A stretch of DNA of 64,000 bases, from contig CBDEUM010000038.1 in the NCBI GenBank assembly GCA_965242925.1, positions 192,001 to 256,000 of the forward strand, given 5' to 3'. The DNA is from Roseibacillus sp. (lineage in GTDB: Bacteria > Verrucomicrobiota > Verrucomicrobiia > Verrucomicrobiales > Akkermansiaceae). A program made the translations under genes and the position numbers. The notes below the pieces were generated by a model, which worked only from the letters and a program-made list of their open reading frames with translations, was not told the DNA's origin and made no database searches. Positions 10,584 through 20,801 of the stretch are shown here, in pieces. Position 1 is the first letter of the stretch; every line of letters starts with the position of its first letter.

Positions 10584-11363
10584 TTATCCGAACTTCTTGT
10601 GGGCCTCGTCATGGTCGATGAGGCGGGCGCGGATCAACCCATCGTCCAGTTTTTCACCGAAGGGATCGAGATAGACCCTGCTGGTGCGCTTCTTGTTCTT
10701 TGGCGACAGGCCAAAGACGTGGATGTTGAAGATAAAGGCTGGTTCATCCTCGGCCTTGAACCAGTGGACGTTGTCCTTCTCGTCGGAGATGCTGGAAGAC
10801 TGGCCCGGGACGAACTTGGAATCGATGGTGGGCTTGATGATCATGTGCTTCTCCTCATCGGTGATGCGGTCGTAATGGCGCCCGTGGAAATTGCCTTTCA
10901 GAATCAGGAAGGCCGTGGCCATGTTGTTGTGGCCGTGGGGCACGACCGAGCAGCCCTTCCTGAGGGCGAAGATCTGCTGGCCGAAGACGTAGCGTTCCGG
11001 TCCTCCCTGTAACTTGGGCATTCTGGGGCGATGGCTGCGCGCGCCGTTGTTCATCAGCTTCGGGTTCTTTGCGATAGCCTCGAAGTTGATGAGTTTAAGC
11101 AATTCAGGAAGGTCGATCTGATTGCTCAGGAGGTCCTCCACCTGCGTCTGCCACTGGGTTTGTTTGAGTTGCTGATCCTTCATCGAGAGCCCGATTTCAT
11201 TGACCTGGCTGAGCCACTTTTCAGTTGTGAGACGGGCCTCCTTGGCCAGAAGATTGCTGCTGCAGAGGTGCTCGAGGAGCGAGACGGTGAGCAGGGTCTG
11301 AATCGATTTCCTGCCGAAGTCACGGCGGGTAGTGACGAGGGCCTTATCGTGAGAGTCTTTCAT
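10584..11363 (-). CDS. Tat-signal cupin-fold protein (thiol-dioxygenase-like His motif)
   Basis: TRRDFG at N-terminus; VVPHGHNNM...DNVHWF cupin-like His ligands. Confidence 0.65.
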   Translation of the reverse strand: MKDSHDKALVTTRRDFGRKSIQTLLTVSLLEHLCSSNLLAKEARLTTEKWLSQVNEIGLSMKDQQLKQTQWQTQVEDLLSNQIDLPELLKLINFEAIAKNPKLMNNGARSHRPRMPKLQGGPERYVFGQQIFALRKGCSVVPHGHNNMATAFLILKGNFHGRHYDRITDEEKHMIIKPTIDSKFVPGQSSSISDEKDNVHWFKAEDEPAFIFNIHVFGLSPKNKKRTSRVYLDPFGEKLDDGLIRARLIDHDEAHKKFG

Positions 11364-11371
11364 TGCTGCCC

Positions 11372-11400
11372 AGTCTTACCTGTATGGAGGGGAGGGTCAA
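11372..11400 (-). promoter_or_regulatory. Putative leaderless-type promoter
   Basis: TTGACC-17nt-AAGACT-8nt-ATG(11363). Confidence 0.4.
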
Positions 11401-11421
11401 GGATGGGAGTCCTGTGCCGCC

Positions 11422-11805
11422 TCAATTGGCCCCCTGGCGAATCCAGCGGGCGAGGAGATCCGTTTCCCGGGCGTCGGGCATCTTGCCATCAGGCGGCATG
11501 TGGCCGTCCAAGACCATGTCGAGCAGGAGGCTTTCTCCCGGTTTTCCCGGGACGAGGGCGGGGCCGGTTTCTCCCCCCCTTCGCATGAGTTTGACGGAAC
11601 GGAGATCGAGTCCTGCTTCCTGCGCTTCCTGTCCGTGACATTCGATGCAATAGGTGACCATGAAGGGTTTGAGGTCTCGGTTGAAAGTGAGCGGGGCGTA
11701 GCCCGGAGGAGTCTTCGGGGTGCAACCGATCAGAAGGAGGGGATAGAGGAGCAGCGAGCACAGACGGGCAAGGCTGCCGGGAGAACCGCGGCGGGGTTCC
11801 TTCAT
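11422..11805 (-). CDS. Stand-alone planctomycete-type cytochrome c (PSCyt1) lipoprotein
   Basis: LLLIGC lipobox-like; LTFNRDLKPF...CIECHG...GLDL...GGETGPALVPGKPGESLL...MPP...WIRQGA. Start uncertain. Confidence 0.8.
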   Translation of the reverse strand: MKEPRRGSPGSLARLCSLLLYPLLLIGCTPKTPPGYAPLTFNRDLKPFMVTYCIECHGQEAQEAGLDLRSVKLMRRGGETGPALVPGKPGESLLLDMVLDGHMPPDGKMPDARETDLLARWIRQGAN

Positions 11806-11870
11806 GCGAAGGAGTTGGGTGCCGGTTTGGTCTGTGCCCACTTATGGTCAGGCGAAGGGGAAGCCTTCGC

Positions 11871-13268
11871 TCACTCGGTGTCGGGTTGCCCGCCGTTGGG
11901 AGGACTTGGTGGGGGAGCGGGAGTGAGCCCCAGTTCCTCTCCGAAACGATGCCGGACTTCGGGCGGAAGATCGGCTGTGCTCAGAGCCTGTTGGGCCGCC
12001 GGGCGATCGGCCTCGCTCCACTGGGTGAGGGTGTGGTGCATGAGTCCGAAGCGGCGGTCGTTCTCACTGACGCTCTCGGCCCAGGCAAAGGCGGCACCCG
12101 GATCAGAGTGGACGGTCATGTGGACCACGCGTTCGGACGCTCCGTCCCGCGTGTTGCCAGGAGGCAGGGATTTGACCCATTCGCCGGCCGCCATGCTGTC
12201 AATGCGCATCCACTGTTCGGTGACATCACCGACTGCTCCGCGGCGGATGGCGCCGCGTTCAGGGAGGGTCAGGGCCCACTGCGCGGCTTCCGCCGGACTG
12301 GAGGAGGACCAGACAGAGGCGACTTCCTGGGCCATGTGGCGATACTCGCGGTTGATGGGGCCGGCAGCAGGCAGGTCATTGGCTATTTCGTGGTAGAGGG
12401 TGGCGGCCTCCGAGGGATTGTGCTCAGCCACCGTGCGCAGGACGGCTCGGGTGGCCCTCTGCTGGTCGCCGGGTTCAAGGTCGCGGGCCCACTCCAGGGC
12501 TTCCTGCAGATCCCGCTCCGCCCAGCGGCGCGCCACCGCCTCAAGGACATGGTGACGCTCATCGGGGCTCTCCAGGGAGTCGGTGGTAAAAGCGGCGGCC
12601 TCGGCGGGGTCATGCTCAGCCCATGAGGAAGCAACGCCCCGGAGGGCCCGCATCCGCAGAGCCGGATCATCCAGCGCCATGCTCCATTCGAGGGCTGCAC
12701 TGCGATCGGTTTCCGCCCAGCGGTGGCTCAGGTCGCGCAGGAGGTGGAGGCTATGCTCGGAACCGGGTAACTGGGCGACATAGTCTGCTGCGGAAGCAGG
12801 GTCCTCCTCGGACCAGTGCCGCAGGATATCCTCCATGGTTGAGAACCGGTCCCGGCCGGTGAGGCCTTCACTCCAGCGCAGGGCGGCGGTGGGGTCGCTA
12901 CGACCCCATCGAGAGGCCAGGCGATGGAGGGCCTCACGCCGCCGGGGCCCGTGCGGCATGGCCAGGATGGTTCGGGCTGCGGCTGCGAAATTGGCAGGCC
13001 TGCCCTGTTCCAGGTTCTCAATGAGATTCCGGAGGACGTCGTTTTCTCCTTCAGGGTTGCGTTGTTCTTCCGGATTTTCGCCGGGGTTCTCCCGGGTGGA
13101 CTCCCCGGATCGGTTGCGATCCGAGCTGCTCTTGCGTGCGAGGGTCAGCGCTTCCGTTGTCCCCTCCCTTTCCGTTGCTCCCGATGATGAGAACAGAAAA
13201 TGATCCAGGGCCATTCCGATTGAGAAGGATCCGGCGGCAACTAGCAGGAGGGTGACTTTGGCGGACAT
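11871..13268 (-). CDS. Exported helical-repeat protein (W-x3-DP-x-AA-x2-W repeats)
   Basis: Signal-like N-terminus; recurring WGRSDPTAALRW, WSEEDPASAADY, WAETDRSAALEW, WAEHDPAEAAAF, WAERDLQEALEW, WSSSSPAEAAQW, WMRIDSMAAGEW. Confidence 0.8.
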   Translation of the reverse strand: MSAKVTLLLVAAGSFSIGMALDHFLFSSSGATEREGTTEALTLARKSSSDRNRSGESTRENPGENPEEQRNPEGENDVLRNLIENLEQGRPANFAAAARTILAMPHGPRRREALHRLASRWGRSDPTAALRWSEGLTGRDRFSTMEDILRHWSEEDPASAADYVAQLPGSEHSLHLLRDLSHRWAETDRSAALEWSMALDDPALRMRALRGVASSWAEHDPAEAAAFTTDSLESPDERHHVLEAVARRWAERDLQEALEWARDLEPGDQQRATRAVLRTVAEHNPSEAATLYHEIANDLPAAGPINREYRHMAQEVASVWSSSSPAEAAQWALTLPERGAIRRGAVGDVTEQWMRIDSMAAGEWVKSLPPGNTRDGASERVVHMTVHSDPGAAFAWAESVSENDRRFGLMHHTLTQWSEADRPAAQQALSTADLPPEVRHRFGEELGLTPAPPPSPPNGGQPDTE

Positions 13269-13290
13269 GAAAAAATGCTGGTTCAGTATG

Positions 13291-14619
13291 TCACTTTGCC
13301 TGACCGAGGGCCACCTTGTTCTTCTCGATTCCGGAGAGACGACGCTCGGCCAGTTTTTGCAGAGTCGAAACTCTTTCAGGATGGTCCATGCTCACATCGA
13401 TTTTTTCCTCGATGTCTTTTTCCAGATTGAAAAGGGCAGGGCCGGGGGCTCCCTTCAGTCCGGCGTGGCGGCGGTCGGGGAAGAGCTTCCAGGACCCCAT
13501 CCGGATGGCCTGGAACCCATCACCCCCGTGCCAGTAGAGGAGGTCCTGGCGAGCATGAGGAATGCCCTCCTTCCCCCGGAGCGTTGGCCAGACATTGAGG
13601 CCATCGATGACCGGGCTGCCCTTGCTGTGTTTTCGAAGATCGATGCCGCAGGCATGGGCCAGAGTGGGGAGAAGGTCGATCGCGGAGATAAGGGCAGCGC
13701 TCTCCCGTCCGGGCTTGATGAATCCCGGGTAGCGAACCATGCAGGGAACGCGGGTGCCGCCCTCGAGGGCGGACCATTTCCTGCCCCGGAAGGGATCAGC
13801 CTTCGATTCCCTGGTGAGGGGTTCCGGTCCGTTGTCGGAAAGAAACACCACGATGGTGTCCTTCTCAAGGTGCTGCTCCTTGAGGGTGTCGAGTACTTGA
13901 CCGATACGGTGATCGAGTTCCTCTACGACGTCACCGAAGACGCCGAAGCGTGATTTCCCCTTCCATTCAGGATGGGCCTGGACCGGAAAGTGGGGGGCGG
14001 TGTAGGGGAGGTAGAGGAAGAAGGGTCGTTCTTCATTGGTCTGGAGAAACTTGATGGCTTCGGTGGTAAAGATCTCAGTCAGCCGGCGATTGTCGAATGG
14101 CTTGGCGATCACCTCATCGTCACGCCAGAGCTCCTTGGTCTGGTTGTTGCTCTTGTTGAGGTAGCAGGTGGACTCGAATCCCTGGCGGTGAGGGCGGAGG
14201 GGTGGTTCGTCACCAAGGTGCCACTTGCCAAACATCCCGGTTCTGTATCCCGAAGCCTTGAAGATTTCGGCCATGGTGAGGGCTTCCGGATTCAGTCCCT
14301 GCCCCTTTTTCATCATGTAGCCCACCACGCCCCTGGTCCAGCCGAGTCGGGCCGGGTAGGCGCCGGTAAGTAGCGCCATGCGCGAGGGTGTGCAAACCGT
14401 GGCACCTGAATGGAAGCTGGTCAGTTTCACGCCCTCCCGTGCAAGGCGATCCAGGACAGGGGTCCTTATCCGGGGGTGACCGTAACAGGAAAGATCATGG
14501 TAACCGAGGTCGTCCGCCATGATGAGGACGACGTTGGGGCGACGTTGTCCGCCGGTAGCGACATCCGGGATGGCGAGGGTGACGGCTAGGAAGGAGCAAA
14601 GAAGGTAATACGTTTTCAT
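13291..14619 (-). CDS. Sulfatase (S1, Cys-type)
   Basis: PNVVLIMADDLG, CTPSR, GKWHLG, PHFP, SDNGP, EGGTRVP. Confidence 0.95.
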   Translation of the reverse strand: MKTYYLLCSFLAVTLAIPDVATGGQRRPNVVLIMADDLGYHDLSCYGHPRIRTPVLDRLAREGVKLTSFHSGATVCTPSRMALLTGAYPARLGWTRGVVGYMMKKGQGLNPEALTMAEIFKASGYRTGMFGKWHLGDEPPLRPHRQGFESTCYLNKSNNQTKELWRDDEVIAKPFDNRRLTEIFTTEAIKFLQTNEERPFFLYLPYTAPHFPVQAHPEWKGKSRFGVFGDVVEELDHRIGQVLDTLKEQHLEKDTIVVFLSDNGPEPLTRESKADPFRGRKWSALEGGTRVPCMVRYPGFIKPGRESAALISAIDLLPTLAHACGIDLRKHSKGSPVIDGLNVWPTLRGKEGIPHARQDLLYWHGGDGFQAIRMGSWKLFPDRRHAGLKGAPGPALFNLEKDIEEKIDVSMDHPERVSTLQKLAERRLSGIEKNKVALGQAK

Positions 14620-14754
14620 GCAGGGATCGAAGGCGTCACATGGAAATGATCCGCATCCGCTGCCCAAGCTAGCAGGGTGGTGTTGATGCGAAAGATCCGC
14701 TTTGCAGGATCCCCCTCCGGGGGAATTGGGGTAGGAACGGGATGGGGAGGAAGG

Positions 14755-17700
14755 CTATTTTCCTGATGACTGCTCTTTGCTCAGGAGGGCGGGTTGCTCC
14801 GGAGCACGATAGAAGGGGCTCCCATACCAGGATAAAAACCTGCGGCACAGTTTTCCGATGTCATCGGCGGTAAGGAGAACACAGGGGATGAGGAAGAGAG
14901 TGATGCCGGTGGCGAAGAGGACTCCGTAGGCGAGGGAAACAGCCATGGGGATCAGGAACTGGGCCTGCAGGGAGTTGTCGAACATGAGTGGAATCAGTCC
15001 GACGAAGGTGGTGACTGAGGTGAGAAAGATGGGTCGGAAGCGCTGGCGACCGGATTGCTGCACCGCAGAAAGCAATGGAACGCCGCGTCGGATTCGTTGA
15101 TTGATGTCATCGACCATGACCAGGGAGTCGTTCACAACCACACCCGCCATGGCGAGAATCCCGAAGAGGGAGAGGTCGGAGGGAGTGATGTCCATGATGA
15201 TGTGACCCAGCAGGGCGCCGATGACACCAAACGGAACGACGATCAGGATGTAGAGCGGTTGCAGGATGGACTGGAAGGGGATCGCGAGGAGGGCAAAGAG
15301 AGCAAACATGAGAGCCACACTGCCAATGATGAGTCGCTTCTTGGTCTCCTCCGCCTCGGCCACGGCACCGGTGAAGACGATGTGGAGGTCTTCGTGGTCA
15401 CGGAGCAGGTCATCGGTGCGTGACTTGAGCGACTTCGCAATACGGACAAGGTCAACGCTCTTGTCCTTCGGTTCCGCACCGATGCGGACAACCTCGGCCC
15501 TGTCATTACGCTCGATAAAGGTCGGGGCTTGGACGAAATTGGTCTTAGCCACTGTGAAGAGGGGGACTTCCGCGCCTGCAGCCGTGCGGATCTTCATTTT
15601 TTCCAGGGTGTTGAAGGTCTCGCGTTGCTTCTTGGGGAGGCGGACCATGACGCGGTATTCGTCGTGGCCACGGAAGACGCGCTGGGCCTCCTCTCCATAG
15701 AAGGCCCGGCGAACCTGGTAGGCCAGAGCCTGCTGGGTCACGCCCAGTTCCGTCCCGCGGGGGGTGAGGCTAAGTTCGACCTCGGTTTGTGGTCGTCGCT
15801 GGTTCACCCAGGCATCGGCGATACCATCATAGCCCTCCAGCATGCGTTCAATCTGCTTGGCGAGATCCCGTTTTGCGTCCGAGGCAGGTCCCCGTAGCTC
15901 CATCTCGAGCGGATCAGTTTCCTTTTCCCCATCGTCACCCCGGGTCTTTTCCGTTCGGATCTTGAGGGTTGCATTGTCCGGGAGTTCACCGATGAGTTCA
16001 CGCCAGCGCTTGATTACAACGTCATTGCTGGGACCCGGGACAGTGCGCACCCCGGGTGGCATCAGGCCGAGGAAGGTGATTGAGTGCGCCTTGTTGTAGG
16101 AGTGGTGGCGGCGTGGGTGGTCGGTACCGATGAGTCGCCAGTGGTTGGTCACGATCGAGCCTTCACTGGGATCGACGAACTCGGTGCGCATCTTCTCGGC
16201 GGCATCGGTGATGCGGTCCGTGTATTCCCGCGTGGTATCGAGGGAGACATGTTCAGGGAGTTTCAGGACGGCGGAGATTTCGGGACGTTCCACCGAGGGA
16301 ATGGAGACGTAGCCGAGGCGACCGCCCGTGAAATAGCCAAGCATGAGGAGACCCATGCAGACAAAAAGCGCGATGGCAGCTACCCGGTGGGCGATCACGA
16401 GTTTGAGAGTCGGTGCGTAGGCCTTGTCGATGAAGATCTGGAGTCCGGCCGCGGCGACCCGTTGCACCTTGCGAATGGGGCTGCGAACCTTGGCCGTGCT
16501 GGTCTTGAGGTGCTTGAGGTGAGCCGGGAGGATGAGCTTGGACTCGACCAGGGAAAAGAGGAGAACCGGGGCGACCACAAAGGGGATCTGGCGTGCAAAA
16601 TTCCCCGTCATGCCGTCGAAGAAGAGAAGGGGCAGGAAGGCGACAATGGTGGTGAGGATTCCGAAGGTGACCGGGACGGTGACAGCCTTGGTGCCCTCAA
16701 TGGCAGCCTCTAGGGGGGGGTCGCCACGTTGGAGGCGGGTATAGACACTCTCTCCGGTCACGATGGCATCGTCCACCACCACTCCGACCACGATGATAAA
16801 ACCGAACAGGCTCATCATATTGGCGGAAATACCGAAGAGCTGCATCACCACGATTCCACCGGCAAAACTGATGGGGATACCGACGACCACCCAGAAGGCG
16901 AGTTGAGGCCGCAGGAAGAGGCCGAGCACGATCATGACGAGGAGAGCGCCCTGGAAGAGAGAGCTCCCCATGGTTTCGAGGCGGGATTTCAGGCTGAGAG
17001 CACGGTCGGCATGGGTGCTCAGGATGATCCCTTCAGGAAAACGGCCGCCGGAATCGTCGACGTACTCGTGGACCTGCTCGGCAATCTTGAGGGCATTTTC
17101 ATTTCCGATACGTCCCACGTCGATGCGGACAGCGGGACGGCGATTGAACTCGGAGATGAACTTCTCCTCGTCATTGGTGTCGGTGATGGTGGTGGCGATT
17201 TCCCCGAGAGTGAGACGCGCTCCGTTGGAGGCGCGCACCGTGATGGAGGCGAATTCTTCGAGGCTGTAGGCCTGGCCCCTGGTCCGGATGTCGAGGCGAC
17301 CGGTGGGGCCGTCAATGGCCCCGGCGGGGAGGTCGATGGAAGATTGCCGGATGGCGTTGGCCACCGCATCTGGAGTGAGGCTGTAGGCTTCCAGCTTCTC
17401 AGTGTTAAGCTCGATGGCTATGCGATGTTCCCTGGGCAGGAAGGCGCGTACGCGGCTGATGCCATCCAGGGCGAGGAGATCGTCGCGGACGCGCTTGGCG
17501 GCGGTGTGGAGTTCATCCTCGGGAAGATCGCCGGTGACTACCACCCAGATGACGGACTTGTAGTCGCTCCTGCTGGGGACCCGGATATGGAAGGGTTCGT
17601 TGGGGGCGGGAATGTTGCTGATGGTCTTGAGGAGGGAGTCGATGTCCTCTTTCAGTTCCCGCAGGTCCTTGCCTTTTCTCGCCTCTACATAGATCCGGGC

Positions 17701-17961
17701 CTGCCCGCGGTCGGCATCCGTATTGAGTTGCTTGACGCCGTCGAGGGATTCCAGGGCGTTTTCGACCGGAACGAGGATCTCCCGCTGGACATCGGTCGGG
17801 CTGGCTCCGGGATATTTCTTCGAGATATAGACCGATCCCCACGGTTCGTCCGGTTCCATCTCAAGCGTGATCTGGAAGAAGGCGACGTAAATTCCGGCCA
17901 GCAGGATGCCGGCCATGAGGAGGTTGGCGGCGATGCCGTTCTTGGCGAACCAGGAGATCAT
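14755..17961 (-). CDS. RND efflux transporter permease (AcrB/AcrD/AcrF family)
   Basis: MISWFAKNGIAANLLM start; two TM blocks; GVVVDDAIV, GVVVNDSLVMVD, RFRPIFLTSVTT. Confidence 0.93.
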   Translation of the reverse strand: MISWFAKNGIAANLLMAGILLAGIYVAFFQITLEMEPDEPWGSVYISKKYPGASPTDVQREILVPVENALESLDGVKQLNTDADRGQARIYVEARKGKDLRELKEDIDSLLKTISNIPAPNEPFHIRVPSRSDYKSVIWVVVTGDLPEDELHTAAKRVRDDLLALDGISRVRAFLPREHRIAIELNTEKLEAYSLTPDAVANAIRQSSIDLPAGAIDGPTGRLDIRTRGQAYSLEEFASITVRASNGARLTLGEIATTITDTNDEEKFISEFNRRPAVRIDVGRIGNENALKIAEQVHEYVDDSGGRFPEGIILSTHADRALSLKSRLETMGSSLFQGALLVMIVLGLFLRPQLAFWVVVGIPISFAGGIVVMQLFGISANMMSLFGFIIVVGVVVDDAIVTGESVYTRLQRGDPPLEAAIEGTKAVTVPVTFGILTTIVAFLPLLFFDGMTGNFARQIPFVVAPVLLFSLVESKLILPAHLKHLKTSTAKVRSPIRKVQRVAAAGLQIFIDKAYAPTLKLVIAHRVAAIALFVCMGLLMLGYFTGGRLGYVSIPSVERPEISAVLKLPEHVSLDTTREYTDRITDAAEKMRTEFVDPSEGSIVTNHWRLIGTDHPRRHHSYNKAHSITFLGLMPPGVRTVPGPSNDVVIKRWRELIGELPDNATLKIRTEKTRGDDGEKETDPLEMELRGPASDAKRDLAKQIERMLEGYDGIADAWVNQRRPQTEVELSLTPRGTELGVTQQALAYQVRRAFYGEEAQRVFRGHDEYRVMVRLPKKQRETFNTLEKMKIRTAAGAEVPLFTVAKTNFVQAPTFIERNDRAEVVRIGAEPKDKSVDLVRIAKSLKSRTDDLLRDHEDLHIVFTGAVAEAEETKKRLIIGSVALMFALFALLAIPFQSILQPLYILIVVPFGVIGALLGHIIMDITPSDLSLFGILAMAGVVVNDSLVMVDDINQRIRRGVPLLSAVQQSGRQRFRPIFLTSVTTFVGLIPLMFDNSLQAQFLIPMAVSLAYGVLFATGITLFLIPCVLLTADDIGKLCRRFLSWYGSPFYRAPEQPALLSKEQSSGK

Positions 17962-17968
17962 TTGCCCG

Positions 17969-19264
17969 TCATTTCTCCGGTTTCTTGTCGGCCTGAGTGA
18001 CTGTTTTGTTCTCCCTGTCCTTCTCAGGCGCTTCCTCGGGGACGTTGTCCTCCACCACCACGATATTTCCGCCGTCGGGGGCATAAACGAGGCGGGTGAG
18101 AACCAGGAGAGTGCCATCCTCGAGGGAAGAGCTCTTGAAGACGATGTGATCGTCGTCAGAGTGGAGGGGACGGATGTAGGCCGTTTCGAGTTTCATGGTC
18201 TCTGGGTTGACGACACGGATGCGGCTGAGTCGGGAGACCGCTTCACGGGGAATGACGAAGACATCCTCGAGCATCTTGCCCGGAATGGCGGCGGTGACCG
18301 GTTGGCCGACGCGAAGGGGAGTCTTCTCTGACTTCAATCCGTAGGGGTCTTCAATGCGGGCGATGGCAAATAGTTCGAGGGTGCTGGCGTCGAGGGCTCC
18401 TTCGGTGCGGAGAATGCTGGCATCCCATGTGGTGGTGGAGTCCTCATCGAGACCATCCTGCAGGGTGACGGAGAGTGGTGGATCGTCGGTGTCTTCGGGC
18501 AGGGTGAGGTCCCCGAGGCGGAGGGTGGATACCGGGAGGCGAACTTCACTGTAATCGGTCGCAAAGATTCCTCCGAGTGGAGTGCCTGCCCCGATGGTCT
18601 GCCCCACTCCGACCGTGCGGGTGAGGACGCGGCCGTCAAAAGGAGCAGTGACCTTGGTTCGTTCCAGATTGCGCAGCGCACTGGCCTCCTGGGCGTGAGC
18701 CAGAGCAAGAGTCTGGCGGGCAGCCTTGAGTTGTGGTTCGCGCCGGACGAGAGCGCTGGGTTCGTCCTTGTAGCCGAGATCCTTCCAGTCCAGGCGAGCC
18801 TGCTCAGCGAGAGCCTCTTCCTTGTCGAGGTTGAGTTGAGCGCTGGCCACCTGCGCCTGAGCGGCGATCAAAGCGACCTGGAAATCGATGGGATTGATTT
18901 CCAGGAGGATATCATCTTTCTTGAAAAAGGCCCCTTCCTCGAAAGTGGGATGAATGGCCTGCACCCGGCCGGAGACCTGGGCGGTGAAAGTGACCAGGCT
19001 ATGGGCCCGAATGTGACCCTGGGTGGGAACGAGCATCTGGTAGTCCTGCCGTTTCAGTTCGTGGACCCGGGCCTCGATGGGCTTGGCTTCCGGTCGGGGT
19101 GGAGCTTCTTCCGGCTGTTCAATGGAGAGCTTGCCGTAACCAATGACCCCTATCACCAGCAGGACGATCGGGAGAACGATGCGCGCTACGATCCCAAGCA
19201 CCTTTGGACGCGGACTCTCTTCCGGAGTCACGAAGGGTGAAGGATGGTCGTCGGAGGGCTGCAT
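17969..19264 (-). CDS. RND periplasmic adaptor (membrane fusion protein)
   Basis: N-terminal TM, AQVSGRV lipoyl half, coiled hairpin, LERTKVTAPFDGRV; directly upstream of the permease. Confidence 0.92.
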   Translation of the reverse strand: MQPSDDHPSPFVTPEESPRPKVLGIVARIVLPIVLLVIGVIGYGKLSIEQPEEAPPRPEAKPIEARVHELKRQDYQMLVPTQGHIRAHSLVTFTAQVSGRVQAIHPTFEEGAFFKKDDILLEINPIDFQVALIAAQAQVASAQLNLDKEEALAEQARLDWKDLGYKDEPSALVRREPQLKAARQTLALAHAQEASALRNLERTKVTAPFDGRVLTRTVGVGQTIGAGTPLGGIFATDYSEVRLPVSTLRLGDLTLPEDTDDPPLSVTLQDGLDEDSTTTWDASILRTEGALDASTLELFAIARIEDPYGLKSEKTPLRVGQPVTAAIPGKMLEDVFVIPREAVSRLSRIRVVNPETMKLETAYIRPLHSDDDHIVFKSSSLEDGTLLVLTRLVYAPDGGNIVVVEDNVPEEAPEKDRENKTVTQADKKPEK

Positions 19265-19476
19265 CTTGATATTGAGTGGATACTACAGGCCGGTCCGTTC
19301 AGCAATGGTAAGGGCCAACAGGCCTGCGAGGGCTGCCTGATAGCACCAAAGCACTGAAAATAAGGTCCCGGTGACTGGATTTGAAGTTCTCTGAGTAGTG
19401 CGTAAAGAGGAGGCGCCTTCCGCAGGATCTGGCGAGACTTGTCGGGTCAGGTGCAATCTGGCTGGATGTGCTTCGC

Positions 19477-20637
19477 ATGAAGAAAACATCATTCCTCTCC
19501 CTGATGATTGGGGCTTGCTGGTGGTGCGCCTTGGTTGGCGCGGGGCAGGCGCGCAGTCACGGCAAGGAAGCGAGGGAGGCCAGTCTGAAGGTTGAGTCCC
19601 TGCAGGAATTGGATCTGGCGATGGAGAAGGAGATCAGGGAGAAGAAAGTTTCCGGGGTGATCGGTCTCATCGGACGGAAGGGCAAGGTGGGCTACTACGA
19701 GACCTTCGGGCAACGTCACCTGGAAAAGGGTGAACCCATGGCCAAGGACAGCCTGTTGCGTATTTATTCAATGACAAAGCCGATCGTCGCGGTGACTGCG
19801 ATGGCGATCTGGGAGGAGGAAAAGTTCAAGCTTGATGATCCGATCTCGAAGCACCTTCCCGAGTGGAAGGAAGTGAAGGTGCGCGAGGGGGATAAGGAGG
19901 TCCCGGCCAGGCGTCCGGTTACGCCTCGCCACCTGATGACGCACACGACAGGGATTACCTATGACGGGAGGGGTCTGAAATTGGGCGGAAAGGATTCCCT
20001 TTCAGATTTCTCGAAATCCATGGCCAGTCGCCCGCTCGTCTTCCATCCGGGAGAACGTTATGCCTACGGGTATTCCCTGGATATTCTGGGGTGTTATCTT
20101 GAGGCGATCGAGGGGAAGACGCTCGATGTCATCATGCGGGAACGGGTTTTCGACAAGTTGGGAATGTCGGATACCGAGTTCTGGGTAAGGAAGGAGGAGG
20201 ATCGTGCACGGGTGGCACTGGTCTACCGGAAGAACAAGGACGGTGAGTTGCATCCTGCCATGGGCACAGATGAGGTGATGAAGCGACCCCCACGCATGAT
20301 GGGAGGGCAGGGATTGATTTCAACCACCGGGGACTACGCCAGATTTTGTGAGATGCTGCTCCGCAAGGGAGAGTTGAATGGGAAGCGCGTTCTCAAGTCG
20401 GAAACCGTTGACCTCATGCTCAAGAATCACCTCAAGGACATAGGGAAGGTTTACGGATTGGGTGGAATGGTGAATGGAAAAGGACGCTATGAGTGGGGCG
20501 GGGCAGCGGGCACCCGTTTCTGGGTGGACTGCGGGGAGGGACATTATGCAGTCTTCATGATCCAGAACTGGGGGCGCAAGCCCGGCACCTGGGACGTATT
20601 CAAGAAGCATGCCCGAGAGGCGCTGGCGGGCGAGTGA
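19477..20637 (+). CDS. Serine hydrolase (beta-lactamase class C-like family)
   Basis: RIYSMTKPI (SxxK), RHLMTHTTG, PGERYAYG, WGGAAGT. Confidence 0.9.
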   Translation: MKKTSFLSLMIGACWWCALVGAGQARSHGKEAREASLKVESLQELDLAMEKEIREKKVSGVIGLIGRKGKVGYYETFGQRHLEKGEPMAKDSLLRIYSMTKPIVAVTAMAIWEEEKFKLDDPISKHLPEWKEVKVREGDKEVPARRPVTPRHLMTHTTGITYDGRGLKLGGKDSLSDFSKSMASRPLVFHPGERYAYGYSLDILGCYLEAIEGKTLDVIMRERVFDKLGMSDTEFWVRKEEDRARVALVYRKNKDGELHPAMGTDEVMKRPPRMMGGQGLISTTGDYARFCEMLLRKGELNGKRVLKSETVDLMLKNHLKDIGKVYGLGGMVNGKGRYEWGGAAGTRFWVDCGEGHYAVFMIQNWGRKPGTWDVFKKHAREALAGE

Positions 20638-20762
20638 GGCTGTGGAGCAGGGCAGGATCCATCGCGCCCCGGCGTGAGGGACGCGATATTTCTGCATGGG
20701 CATGGGGTGACAGGAGGATGTGACTGCAACGACGGATTCTCCATGGCCATCCATTGGGATGA

Positions 20763-20792
20763 TTGACGACCAATACGGCTGAAAGGTAGTCT
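20763..20792 (+). promoter_or_regulatory. Putative sigma70 promoter
   Basis: TTGACG-18nt-TAGTCT-9nt-TTG start (20802). Confidence 0.5.
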
Positions 20793-20801
20793 GCGTGGGT
20801 C

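Noticed and set aside
19477..20637. Antibiotic resistance island (beta-lactamase next to RND pump)
   Set aside because: The protein is a generic SxxK serine hydrolase, transcribed divergently from the pump, with no mobility genes nearby.
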